From positions 8,130,066-8,194,065 of the forward strand of contig NW_002060943.1 in the NCBI RefSeq assembly GCF_000150275.1: a stretch of 64,000 bases of DNA, in the 5' to 3' direction. Positions within the stretch are counted from its first letter, which is position 1. Each line of letters begins with the position of its first letter. Below the pieces are notes generated by a model. The model was not told the origin of the DNA. It was given only the letters and a program-made list of their open reading frames with translations, and ran no database searches. Source of the DNA: Trichoplax adhaerens (Eukaryota; Animalia; Placozoa). Below are positions 50,766 through 62,276 of the stretch, piece after piece. The position numbers and the translations under genes were made by a program.

Positions 50766-51194
50766 ATGATGAACAATTTAACTAGGATCAATCTTTCTTC
50801 TCACTTACCCTTGTCTGTAAGTAATTGGTTTAATAGCATTAGCTGTCGAAGTGTCCAACTCTTAACGCGATTGAGATATGTCGATAATTGTGAAAATGCT
50901 GGTAAAACGACAAAATATGACCGACCTTACTGTATCAAGTTGTACAAAAATAGGAAAGTCGCCAAATGTGGTGATATTATTATGATTGCACATCGTGGTA
51001 AGACTTATAAAGCGCTTCTAGTTAGCAATCGTCTACCTAGCAAGACTCTGCCAAGACATGATACCAATAATATTGTTCTATTAAATGATAAGTTGGAGCC
51101 GGTTGGTACTCGTATTAAAGGACCTATCCCGACTGCTTTATTTCGAAGGGGAAAATTCTCCAAAGTTCTTGCAATTGCTAGTAAATTTCTATAA
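50766..51194 (+). CDS. MRPL14: Mitochondrial ribosomal protein L14 (uL14m), single coding exon
   Basis: 142 aa with a presequence followed by VQLLTRLRYVDN, PYCIKLY, GDIIMIA, DTNNIVLL, PVGTRIKGPIP and SKVLAIASKF, matching metazoan uL14m. Confidence 0.93.
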   Translation: MMNNLTRINLSSHLPLSVSNWFNSISCRSVQLLTRLRYVDNCENAGKTTKYDRPYCIKLYKNRKVAKCGDIIMIAHRGKTYKALLVSNRLPSKTLPRHDTNNIVLLNDKLEPVGTRIKGPIPTALFRRGKFSKVLAIASKFL

Positions 51195-52541
51195 AAAGAT
51201 TGTATTAAACAACCCAGCAACCAAATAGTGGCTATAAATTAAAGTTCACAAATCATCTCCTACGTGCGTATGAGCTGGTCAAATAATAATTTCGGCGTAT
51301 ATGATATGGTCAAGTAGTCTATAAAATAGGCAAGACAGGAGAAAATCAGCTTGTTCAGTAACATTAAAAATGCTGATACTGCTATGATGCAAATTTTTGT
51401 AATAGTCAATAAAAAAGTGGCGTTATAAAAAGATTTAAAGGAATTCTCTATAATAGATTACACTGGACTAACGTAGGTTTGATCTAGAAATTGATTAATA
51501 ACTAATAATTAAGCCAATTTTGCTGCAAAAATGTCTGCATGACCTAAGTAGCAAGATTAATTTTAAGTTCAGCATTATTTATTGCCGATATTGTTCACAT
51601 GCGTCGCCTCTCTACAGTATACACAAATGACCTCTTTGTAATAATATTTTTGCTGGTAAATCTGTATGATGCTCGTATATAGAGAAAAATTATGGTGCAA
51701 CATGTGGAATAATTTTTTCTCCTACATGTAACTTTTACCATAATGTTTGTATCTTGTTTTATCATGATTAAATGTCACCGTTGAGATACGTATAAAAACA
51801 GAACAGCTACCGCTCTATACTGTACGTCCATTTCTCATTTTTTAAATAACGAAGATCGCCATATTTAATTTCTAAACTGAATATCAATTGATAATCTTGC
51901 TAGGATAAAGTAGGAATCATACGAGTATTGGGAAAGTTGATAGCTGCTACTTTTATGTTGCTGTAGGGTATTGTTGCATAGTGTATTTTATCAAAAAGTG
52001 AATTCAATTGTCATGCATAATAAACTTTAAATTTTATCTGTCCTATGCCATTGGACGTCGATCTATGTTTAAAGTAATGATATTGTAGATTTTAGTTTTC
52101 TCCTATGTTCTGAAGATATAAAACTATTTACGGTATGTAGTAACGTGACTTTAGAGCTTCTTAAATGAAGTTTTAAACAATTTATTAATGGCTTATTTTA
52201 ACAAATGGGCTAAGGAACTGGCACTCTTATAAAGTATTCTTTACTATATTATGACATTGAATCCGCACGTATCGAAAATCGTTACTATATCTACAAGTAT
52301 ATTAACAAATTGTATCTTACAGTTATAAGATGTAATAGTTCATCTAGCAAAGCATTTCAATACAAATGGACTTGACTATATTTCATATAACCATAATACA
52401 GCAGACGAAAATACTACGTGTACTACTGATATATAATCTGCGGTCATAGCTACTTTTACAGCACCAACATAATAAATTCAGTTCAATTGCTAATAGAATG
52501 AAGGAATTAATGGCTAATTATAGAAATGGAAGATGATAGAT

Positions 52542-55480
52542 TTAATTGGATGGTGGTCCTCTATATTTCGAAGTTTTCTTAACAAAACCTCTGTCGATGA
52601 CGCTGTAAGCCATTTCCTTCATAGTCTCGTCAACTGATCTAAATGTAATTCCTAATTCTTCTCGAGCCTAGGACGATGTAATGAAAATTAGACTTGCACT
52701 ATACAGCAAATTACGGTATAAATCATTTCTGGATAGAATAAGCATATAACCCAACTTTGATTTAATAACATACGAGCATACACAGCAGTGCATGTAATGT
52801 TTATGGTGTATTTTACAGCGTTTCTCCATGCAGGTTACATTAAATAAGCGAATTTACTATTGATCATTTCAGGAATTAAATCAAGCGGCTTAATAACATA
52901 TAGTACGCGTGTATGCATGCAATTTACATTCTACCGTATTATTACTTAAGATACTTCTACCTTAACTTATCCTTAAATAGCATCACCCTGTTTATTAATT
53001 ATAATCATTATTGTATAATCTTGCATGCAATCCCTTACAAATTAGAAATTATCCATAGGTTACCTTGTCGTTGGAGAAGACAGCAGCTACTCCAATTTGC
53101 GGTAGGATAAGCTTAACGGAAGGATCAGTAATAGAGGCTAGACGAACCAAAAATCGTGGAGCTCTTTTCGTTGGTACATTATAACCTAAATACGAATATA
53201 GTGGTTGATTACAGAGCTAAGAGTATGTAATAAACATTATATTGAATTAGTAAAAATTATTAATTAACTATAACAATCGATCGCTTCGCGTGAATAATTA
53301 TGTATTTATTATTCCTAATAAAGTAGCCTTATAATCGTTTTACGTATAATTGCAACGTTTACCTTGAGATTTAAATTCCTCCGATAACATGGCTGCAACG
53401 TCTAGCATGCGGCAGCATTTAGAAACTAAGATATATCGATTTCCTAAACAACAGCAACAATAAACATCGGTTATCAACGTAATATAAATAAGAGCTGTAA
53501 AATTTATATCACATTCTTTATGCACTATAAACTAGTACCATTAATAAATTTATAAAAATTTATCAGTATAATTTATCTAACAATCGAAGGATTTGCTTTA
53601 ACCTTTACTACATTATCCGCCCGTGTGCTGCATCGATATACTGAGTTTTAAGTATAACAAAGTATTAATACCTATTCGATTATACGTAGATACTTCTACT
53701 ACAGTTATTATGCACACACATAGTCAATTTGATAAATGTCGATGCCCAATTTTTAAAATAGTAAATGGGCTTTGAAAGGTTGATGTCATGATCGAGAAAA
53801 TATCATATGTAGTATAATTCATATAACATGTATAATGTAACCTGGTGCCTTTGGGGAAGTCATTCCAGCAATATGGGCAGCAGCTACGTCGCGAACATCG
53901 ACAATAGAGAGACAGATATCAGGGAGACGAGGCATCTTCCGTTCTAACATCTTAGATATTGCCTACGAAGAATAATCCATGAAGGTATAAAATTAAAGTA
54001 GTATGAGCATCGCTGGTGTAGAAGATATAAACCCGGAATACCCTGATGTAACTATAACCAATATCAGTATTAAAAAAGGGTAAAAATTAACTACCTATTC
54101 ATCCAGCAAGTAAATACGATATCATGTAATTAAATATAAGAATGCCATTATTATATCTTGCAGTTTATCAGGAGTGCTAGTTACTTGTAGCAAATCTTGT
54201 CGATGTTTATTTTACTGTTAAAATTGTCTTTTACTCTCGATCTACAACATAGTCCTAGTTCTTATTTAAACTATCCGCTTAACCAAAAGAGACCTACTTC
54301 TAAACTGGTGCAATTGGTTCCGCGCAAGATTGGGCCTTGTATATAACCGGGATTCATAGTTACCAACTCGAACTTTTCTGAATCTATAGCAAAGTCGAGA
54401 TCCATCTAAGTTAAATAATTCAATGTCTTCGTATTGTTTGCTAAGGACATAAATGCTAATGTAGATCTTGATTAGATAATGATAATGTCATTGGTTAGCA
54501 GGTCCTTAAATGAATCAGTATCGACTAACAAATAGTACTTTAATATTAAGTAAAGCAATTAAAGATAAATCGTTATAAGATGTTGTCTTACCAGGAAGGT
54601 TTTTATGAAATTCCCAAGCCGCTTTTTCTGCTAAAACTTTACTTTTAGGATAAGGCATTGCAGTAGTAGGGTCAAGCCAATCCTCTTCAGTGAAATTAGA
54701 ATCTTTTTTGGGAATAGCTTCATCTAGTGAAATTAAAATTTACTAATATCATAGCAGCAACATACAGTATTAATGCTAAATTTTAATAATTCAGACAAAG
54801 GTATTGCAAAAATCATGTTAAAATTAAATTCAAGATAGCATATTATTGTTGATGAATTTATCAAGAAGGAAATATTCTATCGTATCTACTGTTATACACG
54901 TAAAATCTGTGACGAACTTCCAACCGCTACGATAGAACTTGTTAGAATCACTCTTTTTACTGTGCCAGACTTAGCGCAAGCAGCTAGAACTGTTTTTGTC
55001 CCCTCGACTGCTGGCGTAATTATTTCCATCTCGTTTTTAGGAACTCTATTTGGAAACGGTGAAGCAATATGGCAGACGTACGTACATCCTTCTACAGCCC
55101 TTATTCAACAAATAAAGTTCTAACTGTAAGTTTAACGAAATGTTTATCCAATATTATGGTATAATATTAGAAGAAGTGAACTACTGTAGACAATGTAGCC
55201 CTCAATGTAATGTTGAAATAAAGGAACAGTTTTAAATTAGCAGTGTAACCAACTTGGTCCAACATTCTTTCTCCATCAAATCTGCTTCTACTAGTTCAAG
55301 AGAGTGTTCAGAATTTTCTGCAAGCTCTCGTAGAGGCTTTACCTTCTTTTCGCTCTTCAAACTACGAACTGTACCTCTTACACGATAACCTTTTTGTAAT
55401 AATTGAAGGACAACGTGGCTGGCCAAGTAGCCCGATGCTCCAGTAACTAATACTAGTGTATCGTTTGCAGCTGCAGACAT
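52542..55480 (-). CDS. Extended SDR, dihydroflavonol-reductase/cinnamoyl-CoA-reductase/aldehyde reductase-like, paralog A (8 exons)
   Basis: LVTGASGYLASH, GYRVRGTVRS, CHIASP, LTSS, catalytic YPKSK, NPGYIQGP, IVDVRDVAAAH and RYIL. Last exon ends RGPPSN stop (TAA 52544-52542). Confidence 0.92.
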
Positions 55481-55789
55481 TTTCGCTTTAAAGATAATTC
55501 TAATCGTTACAAAGATGGTAGACTGATTTAGTCAATACTGATTAATATTCGAATTGATGAGACTTACTCATCAATTATGATGAGGAATACGGAATGACTA
55601 ACGCCTATTATTGATTTTGTCATATAAATAAATGTCGTCTTATGGCCAATCAGCAAGCGTAATTAGGTTACTGTTATTGATCAAATAAACGGTAGCTACA
55701 ATTAGTACATGTTAATATGCTTATAGCCGTGTACCTACTGTAGAACTGTATATTGTTTTTTCTCCTTATTTTGACTATAGCATTATGTA

Positions 55790-56250
55790 TAATTGCACGA
55801 GAATTAACATATTATCATGATTGTATTTTGGCGGTATACTTATAGCAGTCTACTGCATGAGGGATTAGCAATGAGTATCCGTAAAATGTGCCTGCAGGCG
55901 GAATACTGACTGTGATCTACTTTATTTACCTTTGACTTTGGAAGTATACCGTAATATATGAGAATTAATCCGTTCATATACTTATTGATCGCGTAAATGG
56001 TAGCTACAATTGGTAGCTGCAAATATCATTGTAGCTGACTACATCTGTAGTAAGTTGCTTTTATCCCTTTGCCTCGACTATGGTAGTATGCTTAACTGAA
56101 TGAGAATTGATACGTTAATATGGTTTTATTATAGTCTACTGCACTAGGAATAAGCAATTAAAACCGGTAAAATGTACATGCAGGCAACATTCGTAGTTAC
56201 TGTGGCTTTGAAGCATACTGCATTGCAGGAGAATTAATCCATTCATACGG
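55790..56250. repeat. Diverged direct duplication, two copies about 290 bp apart
   Basis: AGTCTACTGCA...GTAAAATGT.C.TGCAGGC near 55846 and 56133; GAGAATTAATCC.TTCATA occurs in both copies. Confidence 0.75.
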
Positions 56251-57734
56251 CGTATACTTACATGACTTACATCCAGCATACGAGTATATGTAAATTATTG
56301 ACGTCCAACATTATAGCAGTAAGCCGAGGACAGCATAACAGTTGATCTAGAAGTTGGCTAAACGCGGATATACTAGTTTATACTAAAACTTATACCTATA
56401 TTATTATCTATAAGGGCTGATCTTTTACTAGGTCGTATGCTACAATACTATTATACCGCTGCAGTATTATATAATTTACTATGTTATTTTTGCAAGTAAA
56501 CTTTCAAATATAGATGAAAACTCGTTATGATTCATCATTCGGTACCTGTGATGGTTATGATTCAGTTTATAAACATATATCCGTTATTTGTTGTCAACTT
56601 GCTAGACTATATTGATAAATCAGTAAAAGAAACTGCAGTTTAATCGTTCCGTTTAAGTAAAAGTTTATCATACGATACAAAATAATAGCCTATGGTATAT
56701 TTTTCCTTTAGTTAAAAGTGGTAGTAGCGTCGTTAAAGGCTAACTGGTTTACCGTCACTGCTCAGATATCTTACATGTTCTTATAGCACAAATAAAATTG
56801 AAGAAATATTCTACAACGTAATTTCTATGCGGTATATGATATCGAATATTAAGATTAATATCATGATCTGCTGTAACTTTGCACGTAATATTGTACTACT
56901 ATCAGTCAGCTGGTATTGCAAGTGACCACTCATTTGGACAATTTATCTGATAAAAGTTGGGGTAAATATTAACGAGTTTAGATTGATGTAAAGACTGTCC
57001 TTGCACAAAGTCGATAAAGCAGAATAATGATAAATTATGAATATAAGAACAAGAATAAAGATTACAGAAAAACGCATTCGAAAATTTTACGGAAAAGTGA
57101 AGATGAACCAGTAAAGAAATTCTATTTGATCAAAAAAATTCTAGATTATCAATTTACAGTACTTGTCCTGAGAAATCAATAGGCATAAGAATGCTATTGG
57201 TCATAATATGAATCTATTAAGCTAGTCGATACAAAAATAATGTGTAAGCTGTATGTAATATCGCGTTATAGGATAAGATTTTTATTCAATCACAATTTGG
57301 CATTGTACTTGTCAACATAACATGGCAAAATATTAACTACTGCGGTTGGAGCCTAACATGAAGGTGTATCAATAAAAATTTTGATTAAAGGTTACAAAAG
57401 CGACCTTCTTTACAATTTCGAAATTATTTTTTTTATGTGGTATTGGCGCATTGGCTAACAATGAGTAAGAATAGTAAATTACAATTTATCGTTTCGATAA
57501 ACTGCAATACTTTCATCGATCTCAAAGTTATTACAACAGATATCTGACTTTAGTAGATTTTAAAATTTTACAAACTACCTTTTGCATTGTAAAGATTAAA
57601 TGATATAGCGTATAATTCATATGATATACTCAAATGTTTATAATCACCAAAAGTAATCAATATAAGCACGAATGCCAGAATTACCATTAAATTCATTACG
57701 GAAATGAAGCTTTGATAATTAGTGAGCATAGATG

Positions 57735-60700
57735 TTAATTTCTGCCTTTATAAGCGGGAGTTTTTTTTATAAAATCGCGTTCAATCATGCTGTAAGCCAT
57801 GTCTATAACAGACTCTTTTGCAGATTTAAAGTTTATCTCCAAATCTTCCTTAGCCTGAAGAAAACGATATTCATGTGTTAATCAGGACCAGATTACTATA
57901 AATTAATGCTGTTACTACTTCTAAATAACCTTTGTATTATTGAACTTAGAAAAGTGTCCAATATTCGGTAATATAGTGGCGAGTGATTTATCAAACCATG
58001 AAAGAGTCCATAATAAAAAGTAAGGTGCTGTTGCCGTCGGAGGGTTATAACCTAAAGTATTTTTTTAACATACGTTTTTTATCCCATTTGACAATTTTAA
58101 AATATTACTTTCTCGGTATAAGTATAAAATAATGCAAGTATCTCTATTGGATTATTATGACGCAACTGGAATGAATGAATACCTTGAGTTTTAAATTCGT
58201 TCAACAACGCTTGCCCCACGTCTCCCATCCACATATTTTCCGAGACTAGGATGTAGCGATTTCCTAATAGGAAGGACATTTCATATGGAAAATCCTATGC
58301 ATTAGTCGATGCAACTGCATTATAGCATTTATATTTCAGTTGATAAAACTTTATTCGCCAATATAGCATTACCTGCGGCTTTTGGAGCTGTTAAGCCAGC
58401 AATATGAGCAGCGGCAACGTCACGAACATCCACAATAGCAAATGACATTTTCGGTACTGCGGGCATCGCTCTCTTCATTAGTCTCATTACAACCTATGAA
58501 TTATGCATAGGACATTTATTAGCAATAAGCGCAAACACATACTGAAACTAAGAGTAATAAATTTGAAATGATTCTCCGATACATGGTGTGCAGTCTGAGA
58601 TAATTGTATCTATATCTTTAATAAATGAAATCGGTTTGTTGTTGTAATCAATTACTAAAACCATTCAACCTCTAAGCTGGAACAATAAGTTCCTCGGATG
58701 ACCGGGCCTTGAATATATCCAGGATTGAAAACTACCAGCTCAAACTTTTTGGATTCTAGAAATGAATTGCACACTCAGTCTCTGTAAACGCACACACACC
58801 GTCGATATTTCAGTCAAGTTAATCGATTTATAAATATTGATTAAGTATTGGACACTTGAAATATTAATAGTGGACATACATGGATTTGATATATTACTGA
58901 TACATCAAGGATAAGGATAGTAAGATAGATTAAACCTTATTTACGTCAGATAGAATTGACTTAGAGGAAAATGTTAAGTTCTATATCAGCAATTAGTAGA
59001 GTTCAAGAATGGGAATAATCATTTGGATAAATGCACTTTTCTTACCAGGCAAATCTTTAATAAATTCCCAAGCGGCCTTTTCAGCTAATATCTTGCTTTT
59101 AGCATAGGCAGATGCTTTTTCAGCATTTCCCCAATTTTCTTCCGTAAATTCAGTGCCATTTGGTGCATCTACTCCACCTAGTGTTTAAGAGAATATACAG
59201 TACAGTAAATTGTAGTCGTATAAGGAGTACATCTATAACAATATTGACTGCTTAGTCTTGGATAGTTATGATATCTAGAGAAGGAAAAATGGATCTAAGA
59301 GTACTTTATAGTGAGTGATACTGTTTACAAACTTAGCGTAAAGCTTTCAAAAGTAACTAATAGGGTCTATTTTTGTACTTTAAGCTGCACTTTCGCGTGC
59401 GTTAGTTTTGCTTTACTGACCCTATAATGCCTTTAGACCAGCAGTTGGCATACAATAACTTTCGTATTTTAATTTATGTTTTAATTTATTAGTGTAAGGA
59501 TAGACTCTAGACACTTTAGTACATGTTACATGTTTAATCTCTGATTAGGTGGTGTCCAGGAACGATAGCTGTAGGCATTCGATATCGTAATAATCATCAA
59601 TAATAAAAAATCAATACTGAGCAAGTGAATTACGGGTTAAAATGACATTACCTATAATAGCAGCAATAGAACTTGTTAAGGAGACTCTCTTTACAGTTCC
59701 AGAATTAGAGCAAGCTTCCAATACTGCTTTTGTGCCATCCACTGCAGGCTTAATGAGATCCATTTCGTTATTAGGAGCTTTGATTGGGAAGGGAGAAGCG
59801 ACATGGCAGACATAAGTGCAACCTTCTACAGCTCTGATTGAAGTCAAAAATTGTAGCATGATTTAGCAAATGACAAAAGTTCAAGGTGAATCAGAATTAT
59901 TACAGTAGAAAGACATCATTGTAACTAAAAGGAAAATTAGATGATTTCTCGTAACGTTACTTAAGTCCGTATTCAGTATACTATTTTTTTATCTGAATAG
60001 CATAAAATGAGCAGGCTATCGTAATTACAGATCAGTTGGCAACGTTTAGAGTACGCTCACATCAATCTATTTTATATTTATGGAAGCCTTCTTTGTCCTT
60101 TTCTCCATTCTTGACAAGTAAAAATTATTTATAACCTTTCCAATTTTTATTTATTTGTACTGTAAACAAATATACAGTACTTTGAATATTGCAATGAGTC
60201 ATAGCTAGAAAAGCCTAACCGATTTGATATCATTATGATTGTAAAAGTAAATTACTGAAGTTAGATATTGTTATGTATGGGGACAATTTTATTAAACTAG
60301 TCAAGTATCAAAGTACTATGCAACTTATTGTATCCATCTTTACGCTGAATAAAGAATATTCATCTTATATATGCTATTTCTAATACCTATTAATCTCCAC
60401 AAAATAAATCTACGCGTCTACGTCTATCCAAATACGAGTCCGTGCTGTATACTGTATAGTGTCCACTTGTCCGGTTAGCTATATTACACATAGGCGTACG
60501 TATGTAGACTTTAATAAGGTTCTATACTACAGACATACTTGATCCATGAATCTTTATTCAGTAAATCTGCTTCAACCAATTCAAGAGATTGCGGTGAGTC
60601 TTTGCTTAATTGGCGCAATGGCTCCACTTTTTCCTGATTTTGAAGGCTTCGAACAGTACCTCGTACCTTGAGCCCTTTCTGCAATAACTGCTGGACAATA

Positions 60701-60768
60701 TGACTTGCTAAGAAACCCGATGCACCTGTGACTAAAGTGATCGGTTGGCCATCATTTTCATAACTCAT
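57735..60768 (-). CDS. Extended SDR, DFR/CCR-like reductase, paralog B (8 exons, same intron positions as A)
   Basis: LVTGASGFLASH, VRGTVRS, CHVASP, LTSS, catalytic YAKSK, NPGYIQGP and IVDVRDVAAAH. Ends YKGRN stop (TAA 57737-57735). Confidence 0.92.
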
Positions 60769-60923
60769 CACTGAAAGATTTACGGGAATGGTCGATCAGT
60801 AGATCCTGTAGGCTATAGCAAGGAAAATTTTTAGCAATAACCGTTGTACAAGGCAATAATGAGCAAGGTAATGAAACAACTTCCTTGCACTAATGCTAGT
60901 CTCAAAATGAGCCAACAGTAATC

Positions 60924-60991
60924 TGGGCGGATTGGGGTCAAGACGAAAAATACTGCACTAAACCTACTGTAGTGTATAGTACTGTACTGTA
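60924..60991. promoter_or_regulatory. GC-box/CCAAT pair plus a short ACTGT array upstream of reductase B
   Basis: GGGCGGATTGG at about 60925-60935, followed by tactgcactaaacctactgtagtgtatagtactgtactgta. Confidence 0.45.
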
Positions 60992-61822
60992 TCCTGAACA
61001 GGAGTAGTGCTTACGTGACATTCTATCAGTAACCCTAGCTCTTACTTACTATATTGTAGTATGATGGTATAAATAAATTATCTAAATAAATAAATAAATT
61101 ATAATATATTATAGTGTATAATCCATCCATGACCTTGATTCGAAATAGTGCAGGACTTTTCACTATTTTGCATATTAAGTGGAATGCTATAGGCTGAGTT
61201 GATAACCTGTTTATGGTTATACTATTGGATAGTAATATCACTGATTACACGCACTACCAACGGATTATTTTAGAGGTAAAAAGATTTTTAATTGTCAAGT
61301 TTCTCTTTTTACTATTTTTGTATTACTGTATTGTTGTTGGAGAAAAACTCAGTAAGCTTTAACTACCGGCACCGGTCCGCGATGCACGGATCGTGGCAGA
61401 AAGCCTATCTATATATTTATACTACAGTATGCATAGTATTCTATATTAATAGACTTGTAATTAATATGCATTAGCTCTGGTTTCTATTACTGTATATTAG
61501 TCTAAAGTGCGATTAAAATTCATGCAAACTCACAAATCGATAAACTATTGTACACGCAGAAAAGTTTTCTGCGCCACTTTATAGTCACAGTCTACTCCTG
61601 TACGATCATGGTACAATCGGTAGATTTAGCGAGTTGTCTGTAAGATCAGTGAGTCGTTGTTAAAAGCCATTTTCTACTGCATTTCTTTTTTAGTGCTTGG
61701 GTAGTCCATGACTCAATCTAGTCAAGCAAATAGTGTAGGGAGCCAATGCTAAAATGAACATCACTGGGATTATATATTGGAAGCCATCTTGCCTTCGAGC
61801 ATGCGCAAAGAAGGGTTACCTT

Positions 61823-61836
61823 GTCACCATGGAGAC
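61823..61836. promoter_or_regulatory. RFX X-box (GTCACCATGGAGAC)
   Basis: Near-palindromic 14-mer close to the GTYNCCATGGNAAC X-box consensus. An NRF1-like GCATGCGCA (61799-61807) and a CCAAT (61743) lie nearby. Confidence 0.6.
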
Positions 61837-62276
61837 ACTTCTCTATCAACGAGTAGCAGACTTTGCACGCCAACAGTGAACTCCAACTGCTCAAGATACA
61901 GCAAACATCGACTCTACTGTATGTACACAGTCAATTAAAGTTGTCAGAAAGTACAAAATAATACCATAACCACGTCAATAGGTGTCATGCACACCTAGTG
62001 ATTTATATCGTTAACGTGCTGTAGTAATTAGATACAAACTCGTTCATTTCATTTGGAACTATCTCGCGATTGATATGCTTTTTACACGGTTATCTATTCC
62101 AGAGGGCAAAGAGCAAATAAACCAGAGCGACGTTGACAACATTATTTAAAACTTTTAAAGAAGCATTCCAATTTTAATTTTTATCTTAAGATTAAGCAGT
62201 GTTATTGCTGTCCTGGACAATATATATTTTATGTCTATTCAAAATTAATCTATACGTACCTTACTAAATTGCCATC

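Noticed and set aside
50424-50785. ORFs upstream of MRPL14 (50424-50744, 50597-50785) and 49953-50216
   Set aside because: Two have non-ATG starts, none has recognisable motifs, and all lie in promoter/UTR space of, or antisense to, DOHH and MRPL14.
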